This document shows, one piece after another, positions 1 through 8,954 of a DNA stretch of 64,000 bases. Both the position numbers and the translations under genes were made by a program. The notes under the pieces were generated by a model that had not been told where the DNA came from, made no database searches, and saw only the letters and a list, made by a program, of their open reading frames with translations. Origin of the DNA: Rubrivivax sp. (GTDB lineage: Bacteria; Pseudomonadota; Gammaproteobacteria; Burkholderiales; Burkholderiaceae_C); assembly GCA_027487995.1 (NCBI GenBank), contig JAIYCN010000233.1, positions 16,168 to 80,167 on the forward strand. Reading direction: 5' to 3'. The stretch's first letter is position 1; each line of letters begins with the position of its first letter.

Positions 1-752
1 TTCAATCCTTCGGCCTTGGCCCGGCGCACCACATCAACACCCGCCGCACTGCTCAGGCGGCACAGGTGGACACGCGCACCAGTGCTGCGCATCAGTTCAA
101 TGATGGTGTGCAGCGCCACGGTCTCCGCGCTCACCGGCACGCCGGACAAACCCATGCGGGTGGCCACCGGCCCGCTGGCCGCCACACCCTTGCCCAACCA
201 GGGGTCCTGCGGGCGCAGCCACACCGTGTAACCATAGGTGGCGGCATACAGCATGGCGCGCTGCAGTACCTGCGTGTCGCGGATGGCCACCTCGGCCTGC
301 GAGAAACCGATGCAGCCGGCCTCGGTGAGTTCAGCCATTTCGGTGAGCACCTCACCGCGCAGCCCCTGCGTGAGGGCCCCCAGCGGGAAGAGTCGGCAAC
401 GCGAGAGCTGGCGCGCGCGGAACTTGAGCATTTCCACGAGGCCCGGCTCGTCCAGCACCGGTTCGGTGTCGGGCGGGCACACGAGGCTCGTGACGCCGCC
501 GGCCGCCGCAGCCGCCAACTCGCTTTCCAGCATGCCCTCGTGTTCGTGGCCTGGTTCGCGCAAGCGTGCGGCCAGATCAACCAGGCCGGGCATCACCACC
601 CAACCTTGCGCGTCCACCCGGCGGTCGGGTGCGAACCCTTCAGGGGCGCGACCGATGGTCACGATGCGGCCGGCGGCGATGGCCACATCGGCTGTTTCAT
701 CGCGGCCGCTGGCGGGGTCCACCACGCGTCCGTTCTGGATCAGGATCTTCAT
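1..752 (-). CDS. dihydroorotase-like protein, PyrC'-type (probably non-catalytic); C-terminus lies outside the window
   Basis: Reverse-strand ATG at 750-752. It is absent from the ORF track because it runs off the window. My translation is MKILIQNGRVVDPASGRDETADVAIAAGRIVTIGRAPEGF...VVMPGLVDLAARLREPGHEHEG, which is DHOase/amidohydrolase-like. It starts 6 nt after the pyrB stop. The usual D-x-H-x-H metal motif reads DLAAR. Confidence 0.8.
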   Translation of the reverse strand, partial: MKILIQNGRVVDPASGRDETADVAIAAGRIVTIGRAPEGFAPDRRVDAQGWVVMPGLVDLAARLREPGHEHEGMLESELAAAAAGGVTSLVCPPDTEPVLDEPGLVEMLKFRARQLSRCRLFPLGALTQGLRGEVLTEMAELTEAGCIGFSQAEVAIRDTQVLQRAMLYAATYGYTVWLRPQDPWLGKGVAASGPVATRMGLSGVPVSAETVALHTIIELMRSTGARVHLCRLSSAAGVDVVRRAKAEGL

Positions 753-757
753 GGGGT

Positions 758-1711
758 TCAAGCCTCGTTGCCGGCAATGATGCTCATGACCGCCATGCGC
801 ACCGCGATGCCGAAGGTCACCTGGGGCAGGATCACGCTGCGCGGACCATCGGCCACGGCTGAATCGATTTCCACCCCGCGGTTGATGGGACCTGGGTGCA
901 TGACGATCACATCGGGTTTGGCCAAGGCCAACTTCTCGGGGGTGAGTCCAAAGTTCTTGAAGAACTCGGCGGAACTGGGCAACATCGCGCCGCTCATGCG
1001 CTCGTTCTGCAGGCGCAGCATGATGATGACGTCCGCGCCCCGAATGCCCTCGGCCATGTCGTGGCAAACGCGCACGCCCATGGACGCCAGATCAGGCGTC
1101 ACCAGCGTCTTGGGACCTACCGCTCGAATCTCGGGCACACCCAGGGTGGTCAGGGCGTGGATGTCGGACCGTGCCACGCGCGAATGCACGATGTCGCCGA
1201 CGATCGCCACGGTGAGGTTGGTGAAGTCCTTCTTGTAGTGCCGGATCGTGTACATGTCCAGCAGGCCCTGCGTAGGGTGGGCGTGCCGCCCGTCGCCCGC
1301 ATTCACCACGTGCACGTGCGGGGCACAGTGCTGGGCGATCAGGTAGGGCGCGCCAGATTCGCTGTGACGCACCACGAACATGTCGGCCTGCATGGCGCTG
1401 AGGTTGGCGATCGTGTCCAGCAGGCTCTCGCCCTTGGCCGCGCTGCTGCGGGCGATGTCGAGGTTGATGACGTCGGCGCTCAGCCGCTTGGCGGCAATCT
1501 CGAAGGTGGTGCGCGTGCGCGTGCTGTTTTCAAAGAAGAGGTTGAAGACGCTCTTGCCACGCAGCAGGGGCACCTTCTTCACCTCGCGCTCATTGACCGA
1601 GAGGAAGGTGCCGGCCGTATCCAGAATGTGGTGCAGCACCGCACGCGGCAGGCCTTCGATGGACAGCAGGTGGATCAGTTCACCGTGTCGGTTGAGCTGG
1701 GGGTTGCGCAT
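758..1711 (-). CDS. pyrB: aspartate carbamoyltransferase catalytic subunit
   Basis: The 317-aa ORF has [13 protein letters not shown] and HPTQ motifs typical of ATCase. It sits in the pyrR-pyrB-pyrC' synteny. Confidence 0.95.
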   Translation of the reverse strand: MRNPQLNRHGELIHLLSIEGLPRAVLHHILDTAGTFLSVNEREVKKVPLLRGKSVFNLFFENSTRTRTTFEIAAKRLSADVINLDIARSSAAKGESLLDTIANLSAMQADMFVVRHSESGAPYLIAQHCAPHVHVVNAGDGRHAHPTQGLLDMYTIRHYKKDFTNLTVAIVGDIVHSRVARSDIHALTTLGVPEIRAVGPKTLVTPDLASMGVRVCHDMAEGIRGADVIIMLRLQNERMSGAMLPSSAEFFKNFGLTPEKLALAKPDVIVMHPGPINRGVEIDSAVADGPRSVILPQVTFGIAVRMAVMSIIAGNEA

Positions 1712-1714
1712 CGT

Positions 1715-2227
1715 TCAGCGTCCTTCCAGGGCAAAGGTGAAACGGCCCTGCTCATCCCGGCTGAGCGACAGGCGCTGGGCCGCGGGCAACTCCAGCCGCG
1801 CGGCCGCGCACTGTGCATCGATGGGCAGCTCCCGGCCTCCGCGGTCCACCAGCACGGCCAGGCTCACCCGCGCAGGGCGGCCGAAGTCGAAGAGCTCATT
1901 GAGCGCCGCGCGGATGGTGCGGCCGGTGTAGAGCACATCATCAACCAGGATGATGTGACGCCCGTCCACTTCGAAGGGCAGACGCGTGGTGCCGGCGGTG
2001 GCGCTCAAGCCCCGCTCGGCGTAATCGTCCCGGTGCAAGGTGATGCTCAAGGTGCCGGAGGGTCCGCTGAGGGCCAGGTCTGTCTGCAGCCTTTCGGCCA
2101 GCCAGGCACCACCTGACCAGATGCCGACCAGCCCCACCGGCAAACCGCCGGAATCCTGCGTGAGTGCCGCCACCTGGCGGCGCAGCTGCCCGTAGAGCGC
2201 TTCGGCGTCGAGTGCGAGTTGGGTCAT
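1715..2227 (-). CDS. pyrR: bifunctional pyrimidine regulatory protein / uracil phosphoribosyltransferase
   Basis: The 170-aa ORF has the PRTase motif ILVDDVLYTGRT and lies directly upstream of pyrB. Confidence 0.9.
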   Translation of the reverse strand: MTQLALDAEALYGQLRRQVAALTQDSGGLPVGLVGIWSGGAWLAERLQTDLALSGPSGTLSITLHRDDYAERGLSATAGTTRLPFEVDGRHIILVDDVLYTGRTIRAALNELFDFGRPARVSLAVLVDRGGRELPIDAQCAAARLELPAAQRLSLSRDEQGRFTFALEGR

Positions 2228-2640
2228 GCGTGCTGGTCCAGAAACTGTTGAAGTATCACCGCGGCCGCTGCGGCGTCCAGGTCGCGGGCGCCATCGGATT
2301 GGGCTTGCACGGTGCTGTAGCGCTCATCCACCAGATGCACGGGCAGGCCCATGCGTCCCTGCAATTGCCGGGCGAAGCGCTGGGCGCGCTGGGTGTTCTC
2401 GTGCGGAGCGCCGTCGGGGTGAAAAGGAACACCCACCACCAGGGCGTCGGGCTGCCACTGCTTCACGAGATCGGCAATCAAGGCAAAGCGCTGGTCGCCT
2501 TCGGCCTGCAAGGTGCGCAAGGGCTGCGCCCTACCCAGCACCGTGTTGCCCGTGGCCACGCCCACCCGCTTGAGTCCGTAATCAAAGCCCAGGAAGGAGC
2601 GCTCAACGCGCGGGGGCAGCGCGTGGGCCGCCTCGCTCAT
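2224..2640 (-). CDS. ruvX: Holliday-junction-resolvase-like pre-16S rRNA nuclease (YqgF family)
   Basis: The 138-aa ORF begins ...FLGFDYGLKRVGVA, typical of YqgF/RuvX. It overlaps pyrR by 4 nt. Confidence 0.9.
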   Translation of the reverse strand: MSEAAHALPPRVERSFLGFDYGLKRVGVATGNTVLGRAQPLRTLQAEGDQRFALIADLVKQWQPDALVVGVPFHPDGAPHENTQRAQRFARQLQGRMGLPVHLVDERYSTVQAQSDGARDLDAAAAAVILQQFLDQHA

Positions 2641-3224
2641 GCGTGCCCGGCCTCCTGGCTGAGCATGCGCGGGTCGATACCCAGGAGGGCCAAGGCCTTG
2701 CTGTAGCGCTGGTCCACCGGCGTGTCGAAGATGACCGACGATTCCGCCTGCACGGTCAGCCAGCCATTGCGGCTGATCTCGTCTTCCAATTGGCCGGCAG
2801 CCCAGCCGCTGTAACCCAAGGTGACGAGCACGCGCCGTGGCCCGGCCCCGCTGGACAGGGCTTCCAGCACGTCTCGGCTGGTGGTCATTTCCACCTGCGC
2901 GCCGGGGATGGCCAGGGTGGAGTGGTAGGGGCTGTCGTCCGTGCCGATGCGCTCGTGCAGCACGAACCCGCGCTCGGTTTGAACGGGGCCGCCAAAGAAC
3001 ACCGGTGACTCCTGCAGGTCGTCGCGCCCCAAGTGCAGGTCCACCTTTTCAAAAAGGCGCGGCAGGGTGATGTCGATGGGCTTGTTGATGACCAACCCCA
3101 AGGCACCACGGTCATTGTGTTCACACAAGTAAACGACCGTGCCGGCGAAACGCTCATCGGCCATGCCGGGCATGGCAATGAGGAACTGATTCGTGAGGTT
3201 GATCGACTCGCCAAGCATCCGCAA
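2637..3224 (-). CDS. YqgE/AlgH family protein
   Basis: The 195-aa ORF contains LTNQFLIAMPGMADERFAGTVVYLCEHNDRGALGLVINKP, the YqgE/AlgH signature. It is coupled to ruvX by an ATGA overlap. Confidence 0.9.
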   Translation of the reverse strand: MRMLGESINLTNQFLIAMPGMADERFAGTVVYLCEHNDRGALGLVINKPIDITLPRLFEKVDLHLGRDDLQESPVFFGGPVQTERGFVLHERIGTDDSPYHSTLAIPGAQVEMTTSRDVLEALSSGAGPRRVLVTLGYSGWAAGQLEDEISRNGWLTVQAESSVIFDTPVDQRYSKALALLGIDPRMLSQEAGHA

Positions 3225-3251
3225 ATTCTATGCTGTCCGATACTGCGGCGC

Positions 3252-4748
3252 ATGATCGAAAAACCCCTGTCGGCCTGTTTGGTCTGGCTGCGCCGCGACC
3301 TGCGCTGTGACGACCATGCGGCCCTGCATCACGCCCTGAAACACGCACGGCAAGTGTGGTGCGCCTTCGTCTTCGACACCGACATCCTCGCCCCCCTGCC
3401 CCGGCGTGACCAGCGCGTGGCCTTCATCCATGCCGCCCTGCAGGAGGTGGATGCCACCTTGCGTGAATGGGCGCAGGCCAGCGGCGTCGAGGGTGCCGCG
3501 CAGGTAGGACTCATCGTTCGCCATGGTCGCGCTGTGGTCGAAATTCCGGCTCTGGCCGCGTCATTGGGCGTGAACCGCGTGGTGGCCAGCCATGACGACG
3601 AGCCGCAGGCCCTGGCACGCGACGCTGAAGTGCTTCAGGCTCTGGCGCGCGACCGTATCGAGTGGGTGAGCGTCAAGGACCATGTGGTGTTCGAGCGTCG
3701 AGAGGTGATGACGCAGACCGGTGGGTCATACGGCGTGTTCACGCCCTACAAGAACGCATGGCTCAAGCGTCTCACTCAGCATCCTGAAGCCCTGGCTGCC
3801 CACGAAACGCGCAGCCTGGCCGGCGCATTGGCGCCGATTCCAGCGCCCCAGCAGCGGGCGTTGCCGACCATGGCTGAGATTGGCTTTGAAGCGATGAGCC
3901 CGCACGACATCCGCGTGCCCACCGGCATGAGCGGAGCCCGAAGCCTGCTGCAGGATTTCCTGGGGCGCATTGACGACTACCGCCACGCGCGCGAGTTCCC
4001 GGCCATCAAGGGGCCCAGCTATCTGTCGGCCCACCTGCGCTTTGGCACCATCTCCGTGCGTGAGCTGGCACGCGAAGCCTGGGCCCGCGCACAAGCAGGC
4101 TCCGAAGGTGCTCAGGGGTGGTTGGCCGAATTGGTCTGGCGGGACTTCTACCACCAGATCCTTCATCACCACCCGCGCGTGGTGGAGCGGGCCTTCAAGC
4201 CGGAATACGACCGCATCGATTGGGCGCAGGGTCCTCAAGCCGAGGCCCATTTCAAGGCCTGGTGCGAAGGCCGCACGGGCTACCCGTTGGTGGACGCGGC
4301 CATGCACCAGATCAACCAAACCGGCTGGATGCACAACCGCTTGCGCATGGTGGTGTCGAGCTTCCTGATCAAGGACCTGGGCATCGACTGGCGGCGCGGC
4401 GAAGCCTATTTCGCGGAGAAGCTGATCGACTTTGATCTGGCAGCCAACAATGGCGGCTGGCAGTGGGCCGCCTCCAGCGGCTGCGATGCCCAGCCCTACT
4501 TCCGCATCTTCAACCCGGTAAGCCAGAGCGAGAAGTTCGACCCCAAGGGTGCCTTCATCCGCCGCTACCTGCCGGCACTGGCCCCACTGCCCGACGCCGC
4601 CCTGCATGCGCCATGGTTGGCGCGACCCATGGACCTGCTGGCTGCGGGTGTGGAGTTGGGCAAGGACTACCCCAGTCCCATCGTGCAGCACGACGTGGCG
4701 CGTCAGGAAACGCTGGCGCGCTATGCGGTGGTGAAGATCAAGGCCTGA
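3252..4748 (+). CDS. phrB: deoxyribodipyrimidine photolyase
   Basis: I take the internal ATG (MIEKPLSACLVWLRRDLR...) of ORF 3033-4748 as the start. FAD-binding motifs are present: WRDFYHQIL, TGYPLVDAAM and NNGGWQWAAS. Confidence 0.9.
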   Translation: MIEKPLSACLVWLRRDLRCDDHAALHHALKHARQVWCAFVFDTDILAPLPRRDQRVAFIHAALQEVDATLREWAQASGVEGAAQVGLIVRHGRAVVEIPALAASLGVNRVVASHDDEPQALARDAEVLQALARDRIEWVSVKDHVVFERREVMTQTGGSYGVFTPYKNAWLKRLTQHPEALAAHETRSLAGALAPIPAPQQRALPTMAEIGFEAMSPHDIRVPTGMSGARSLLQDFLGRIDDYRHAREFPAIKGPSYLSAHLRFGTISVRELAREAWARAQAGSEGAQGWLAELVWRDFYHQILHHHPRVVERAFKPEYDRIDWAQGPQAEAHFKAWCEGRTGYPLVDAAMHQINQTGWMHNRLRMVVSSFLIKDLGIDWRRGEAYFAEKLIDFDLAANNGGWQWAASSGCDAQPYFRIFNPVSQSEKFDPKGAFIRRYLPALAPLPDAALHAPWLARPMDLLAAGVELGKDYPSPIVQHDVARQETLARYAVVKIKA

Positions 4749-6831
4749 TCGAGCGGCGCGCACGCGAGCGCATCAGCACGCGTGCAGCCGCGCCGAAGCG
4801 CTGGTGAAGCAGGAAGGGGTCGGTGACGACGCAGGGCACGCCAGCCGCCGTGCGCTGGGCCAGACCCCAGGAGCCCGAGCGGGCGGCCAGGGGTGCCAGG
4901 GTCATCGGGACGCGCAAGGGACGGACCGTCTCGATGGGCTGCACCGTATCGACCACCAGGGCCAAGCGATCGCCCCCGCGCTGCATGAGCACGACATGCG
5001 AGAGCTCGGCCCCCGCACGATCTGTTCGGATCAACGCACCCAGGTCGGCCACCGGCCACTCCAGACCGTCGTGCCACAACACCCCCTGGGACAAGATCGT
5101 GTCACGCTCGCCACTGGACAAGGCACTGCCTCCAAGCACCCACAGCGCGGGCAGCCAAAGCCAGGCGGACCCCAACTGGACAGGGCACACGGGTAGTTGA
5201 GTCGGCGTGGTGGGCAGATCAATCGTCCAGCCCGTGCCCGCAGGACGCAGTGTTCCCCCTTGGCTCGGCAGCCAGGCAGCCAATGTGGCCATCTGATCCG
5301 TGACCGATACCGGCCAGGCGGCTTCATGCCCATCACCCAGATGAAGACGAACACCGCCGTGATGGACCGAGGCCTGCAGACGCAAGGCTGCGCCCGTGCA
5401 CTGCGCCACACGGGCTGCAATGGCGTGCTCGAGCGTCGGCATCAGCCGTTGCATGGACGCCGCATCCAGCCGAACCTGCGCGCCTTCGATGTCGAAATCC
5501 ACGGTGACGCCATGATCGCGGGCCTCTCGGCGGGCGGTGCGGAACAGAGCCACGGACCACGTCTCGAGGGCCGCGCAGGTGGCCTCCTCCATGATCTGAA
5601 CCAGGCGATCGCGGGCCCCTGCGACGTGCCCCTGAGACCACAGCAGTTCAACCCAACGCCGCACTTCCAGCGTGGACAGCCTCAGGCTGGCATCCTGACT
5701 TTCCGGATCGGGGGACGCATCCTCTGCCACATCCACCGCTGTATCCGCAGCTTCATCGGTCACCCATGCGGACCAATCGACTGCCCACCACCAGGGTGCA
5801 AGCGTCGGGGCGGGTTCCACATGGGATGGAGGCAGCTGAGGAGCCTCCACCACTGTGGGCTGCGGTTTAGCGGGCTCCACTTCCTCATGGTCCTCATGGA
5901 GCGCCGCCGCCAGGGGTTGAGACCCTTCGGGCAACTGCACCGCCGGCGGCGACACGACCTCGGGCACGGGTTCGCCCACCAGGTCCAACAACTCGGCATA
6001 CAGGCGCTGAAGCAACAGTTCCGTTTCGGCCAGGACGCTCGCACCCAGCGCACCGCCCGCATCCAGCAGACGGTCGAACTGGCGCTCTCCCTGTGCAGCC
6101 AGCGCCGCCACGCGGTGCAGCGACATGGAGGTGGCTGCCACGGCCACCGCCTGGAACGACCGGCACAGCACCATCTGCTCGGCGTAATCCCCGGGTTCAC
6201 GGGCCAATGCCTGCAGGGAGAACTCGGCGCCGCGCAACAGTTCGCGCGTTTCAAGCAGGAACATTTGGTTGCTGCCCGTTAGCCCCTCGATCGGGATGGC
6301 CCACCAGTCGCGGCCTGGAGGAGTGGCGGTCAAAGTCTCTGCCGGCATCGGTGCCGAATTCGGCGTGTCGGCCGGGTTCGAGGCAGCGGGCTCACCGGCG
6401 CTGGCGAGAAGGCCCTGGGCCCAGGAAGGGTCCCTTGCAGCCAGCAATTGGCGCAAGTGCAGATCCGCCTGTCGGTCATGCACCAGGGTCAAGGCGGTGG
6501 CCAATGAGCCGGGCAAGGGGGCCTGCGGATCCTCCAGCATCAGCGACAACGCCTGCAAGGCCGCGGCCAGTGACCCGCTGCCCTCCGGCGCCGAGTCCAA
6601 ACCCAGCGCCCCTTGCAGCTCACGCAAGGACAGCGCGACCTGTGCACGAAGGGCACGACATTCGGCGTCACCGTCTGGGCCTTCGCCACCCCGAGCGTCC
6701 AGTGCCTGCGCCCAGGACGCCCATTGGGCATCCACAACACCCAACAAGGACTCCCACTCAGCGCGCGGCTCAAGCCGGGCTGCGCCATGAAGTGATGAAC
6801 GGTCTTCCAAACCGTCTTGAAGTGCGCTCAC
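4738..6831 (-). CDS. CheA/ChpA-like chemosensory scaffold with degenerate Hpt and kinase motifs and a C-terminal CheW-like domain
   Basis: The 697-aa ORF has an Hpt-like stretch LCRSFQAVAVAATSMSL, where CheA P1 has FRAAHSIKGGAGTFGF. A CheA-core-like stretch reads VTVDFDIEGAQVRLDAASMQRLMPTLEHAIAARVAQ...VRLHLGDGHEA. The C-terminus is CheW-like (...HVVLMQRGGDRLALVVDTVQPIETV). It overlaps the upstream CheW-like gene by 4 nt. Confidence 0.65.
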   Translation of the reverse strand: MSALQDGLEDRSSLHGAARLEPRAEWESLLGVVDAQWASWAQALDARGGEGPDGDAECRALRAQVALSLRELQGALGLDSAPEGSGSLAAALQALSLMLEDPQAPLPGSLATALTLVHDRQADLHLRQLLAARDPSWAQGLLASAGEPAASNPADTPNSAPMPAETLTATPPGRDWWAIPIEGLTGSNQMFLLETRELLRGAEFSLQALAREPGDYAEQMVLCRSFQAVAVAATSMSLHRVAALAAQGERQFDRLLDAGGALGASVLAETELLLQRLYAELLDLVGEPVPEVVSPPAVQLPEGSQPLAAALHEDHEEVEPAKPQPTVVEAPQLPPSHVEPAPTLAPWWWAVDWSAWVTDEAADTAVDVAEDASPDPESQDASLRLSTLEVRRWVELLWSQGHVAGARDRLVQIMEEATCAALETWSVALFRTARREARDHGVTVDFDIEGAQVRLDAASMQRLMPTLEHAIAARVAQCTGAALRLQASVHHGGVRLHLGDGHEAAWPVSVTDQMATLAAWLPSQGGTLRPAGTGWTIDLPTTPTQLPVCPVQLGSAWLWLPALWVLGGSALSSGERDTILSQGVLWHDGLEWPVADLGALIRTDRAGAELSHVVLMQRGGDRLALVVDTVQPIETVRPLRVPMTLAPLAARSGSWGLAQRTAAGVPCVVTDPFLLHQRFGAAARVLMRSRARRSIRP

Positions 6832-7331
6832 GACTGCAGTTCCCGAAGACGGGGGTGACCCAGCAAAGCGGACAGACTCAAGACATCACCCGACACGAGC
6901 AAACCGTCGGCTCCCCGCCACTGAGCCTGACCGACACGGAATGCGGGAGGCCTGCGCGACGCCAGGGGATTGCCATCGTCCGCGGCGAAGTCCTGGGCTT
7001 CGCTTGCCTCGCTCACCAATCCCTGCGCGGGTTCGATGTGGTGCGCCTGCACCAGCCAGGCCGAGTGCAGATGCGGGGCCGGGACGAGGATGGGCCCGGG
7101 CGTCATTCGGGCAAGCCCGAGGAAGCGACCCAAATCGATGACGCCCGCGGGCCGCGCCTCCACCAACGCCACACCCGTCAACCAGGATGGCGCGTGGTGC
7201 ACTTGGCACACGGGCAGGGCCTGATGACACGCTGCCACTTCACCCGCGCCAATGAAGAACCGGTAGGCGCCAACGTGCAGGCACCAACCGGCCATTGGGG
7301 TGGGCGCGCCCTGGGCAACGGGCTCCATCAC
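6828..7331 (-). CDS. CheW-like (PilI-like) coupling protein
   Basis: The 167-aa ORF has a CheW-fold-like sequence (...LTGVALVEARPAGVIDLGRFLGL...). It has 4-nt overlaps with both neighbouring genes. Confidence 0.6.
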   Translation of the reverse strand: MMEPVAQGAPTPMAGWCLHVGAYRFFIGAGEVAACHQALPVCQVHHAPSWLTGVALVEARPAGVIDLGRFLGLARMTPGPILVPAPHLHSAWLVQAHHIEPAQGLVSEASEAQDFAADDGNPLASRRPPAFRVGQAQWRGADGLLVSGDVLSLSALLGHPRLRELQS

Positions 7332-7702
7332 CCGGCACTCGCTTCCAGCACGTCAACCATCAAGCGAGGAGAGAAGGGTTTGGTGAGCACGTCCCAGGTG
7401 GGCGCCTGCCCAGTGGTGAGTCGAGCCCAGGCACGCGCCTGTGGAACCTGTGCAGATGGCACCAACATCACCAACAGCCGATTGGCCTGCGCCGAGTCCT
7501 GTTGCCACAGACTGGCCAGCTCCAAGCCGTCCAGCCCGGGGAGATCCCAGGCCACGAACGCGGCGTCACACCCGGTCGATCGCGCCGATTCCCAGGCCTC
7601 AAGCCCATCGGCAGCCAACACCACCTCATGCCCCGCGGCTTGCAGGACCTGCGCCGCGCCATCCCGGAGGGTGGCGCTGTGGTCGGCCACCAGGACGCGC
7701 AT
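7328..7702 (-). CDS. single-domain response regulator receiver (PilG/PilH-like)
   Basis: I take MRVLVADHS as the start. The acceptor Asp context is AFVAWDLPGLDG and the conserved Lys context is LTKPF. Its ATG overlaps the rubredoxin TGA (ATGA). Confidence 0.8.
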   Translation of the reverse strand: MRVLVADHSATLRDGAAQVLQAAGHEVVLAADGLEAWESARSTGCDAAFVAWDLPGLDGLELASLWQQDSAQANRLLVMLVPSAQVPQARAWARLTTGQAPTWDVLTKPFSPRLMVDVLEASAG

Positions 7703-7875
7703 CAGATCTGGACCATCTCGAAATCTTCCTTGCGTGCACCGCACTCCGGACAGGTCCAGTTCATGGGCACGTCGGCCCAGGCGGTGCCCGGCGCAAGGCC
7801 GTGATCAGGGTCCCCCGCGGCCTCGTCGTAGATCCATCCACAAATGAGGCACATCCAGGTTTTGCTTTCCGACAT
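7702..7875 (-). CDS. rubredoxin
   Basis: MSESKTWMCLICGWIYDE...WTCPECGARKEDF carries two CxxC knuckles and is of rubredoxin length (57 aa). Confidence 0.9.
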   Translation of the reverse strand: MSESKTWMCLICGWIYDEAAGDPDHGLAPGTAWADVPMNWTCPECGARKEDFEMVQI

Positions 7876-7964
7876 GATCTTGGGCGGGCGGGAACCGTCA
7901 CTACAATGATTCATGAATTCTAGTCACGCCCCACTGCGGCAAGGGCCGCATCAAGTCGTGGCCC

Positions 7965-8930
7965 ATGTCCATGAGTGATCGACACCCCCCGCAGGGCCCC
8001 TCCGACTCTGCTGCACCGGAACCCGAGCAGGCACCGGCCAACGTGCTGAGCTTCAATGCCAGCGAGGCCACCGGAGCCGGTGGCGTGGGCGGCGACATCG
8101 CCACGTTCTCGGCCATGGGGGCTCACGGGCTTCCGGTGGTGGCCACACTGGTGATGCGGGATACCGCTGAAGTGTTCGGTCAGCATGTGGTGGAAGCCGA
8201 TGCCGTGGCCGAACAGGCCCGCACCGTGCTGGAGGACATCGCCGTTTCCGCGTGGAAGGTCGGTTTCCTTGGGTCGGCTGAAAACGTCAGCGCCGTGGCG
8301 GAAATTCTCTCGGATTACCCGGACATTCCGTTGGTGGCCTACATGCCCGCCGTGGGTTGGATGGACGAGGACGAGCACGCCGCTTACGTGGACGCCTACC
8401 GTGAGCTGATTCTTCCGTCGGCTGAAGTGCTGGTGGGCAATCAGAAGACCCTGACCGATTTCCTGCTGCCCGATTGGGACGGCGAGCGCCCCCCCTCCAC
8501 GCGTGAATTGGCGGTGGCCGCGGCCGAGCATGGCGCGCGGCATGTGCTGGTCACCGGCATCGTGCTGCCCGCCCGCGCGCAGGAAGGCTTCGTCGACAAC
8601 GTTCTGGCCAACGCCAGCGGGGCCATCTGCGGGGAAAAGTTCGAGCGGTTCGAGGCGTCCTTCATCGGCGCGGGCGAAACACTCTCGGCCGCATTGGCGG
8701 CATTGTTGGCGTCGGGTGCTGAACTGCCCAGCGCGGTATCTGAAGCCCTGTCCTTTCTCGACCAGAGCCTGGATGCAGGCTTTCGACCCGGCATGGGCCA
8801 CGTGGTGCCAGACCGCTTCTTCTGGGCCGTGCCCCCGGAGGGCGAGGAGGACGACACCGAGGAACCCTTCGGCGGACCGGGCGGCCTGGAAGATCCCGGG
8901 AATGCACGCGGCCCCAAGCGGATGCATTGA
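7965..8930 (+). CDS. ThiD-family (hydroxymethylpyrimidine/phosphomethylpyrimidine kinase-like) protein, divergent
   Basis: The 321-aa ORF has a ribokinase-fold ThiD-like layout (VLSFNASEATGAGGVGGDIATFSAMG...KVGFLGS). The usual GSD/GGAGI motifs are altered. Confidence 0.6.
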   Translation: MSMSDRHPPQGPSDSAAPEPEQAPANVLSFNASEATGAGGVGGDIATFSAMGAHGLPVVATLVMRDTAEVFGQHVVEADAVAEQARTVLEDIAVSAWKVGFLGSAENVSAVAEILSDYPDIPLVAYMPAVGWMDEDEHAAYVDAYRELILPSAEVLVGNQKTLTDFLLPDWDGERPPSTRELAVAAAEHGARHVLVTGIVLPARAQEGFVDNVLANASGAICGEKFERFEASFIGAGETLSAALAALLASGAELPSAVSEALSFLDQSLDAGFRPGMGHVVPDRFFWAVPPEGEEDDTEEPFGGPGGLEDPGNARGPKRMH

Positions 8931-8954
8931 GATCTTCCTGCGTTTTGGAGAACC

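Noticed and set aside
896-2116. A long 406-aa plus-strand ORF, and many similar ORFs on the strand opposite confidently identified genes. Examples: 66-1238, 9021-10352, 10108-11676, 12695-14623, 21554-22957, 22629-23777, 32944-34686, 56766-57815 and 57679-58767.
   Set aside because: They lie antisense to, or out of frame with, genes that have clear family motifs. Their translations are Arg/Ala/Gly/Pro-rich with no recognisable domains. Such stop-poor antisense frames are expected in high-GC DNA.
6093-7847. A 584-aa plus-strand ORF spanning the chemosensory operon.
   Set aside because: Its composition is Pro/Arg/Ala-rich low complexity. It overlaps four coupled minus-strand genes that have recognisable receiver, CheW and rubredoxin motifs.
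7876-7964. A TPP (THI-box) riboswitch upstream of the ThiD-like gene.
   Set aside because: The gap is too short, and it lacks the CUGAGA / ACCUGAUCUGGAUAAUGCCAGCG-type conserved elements.
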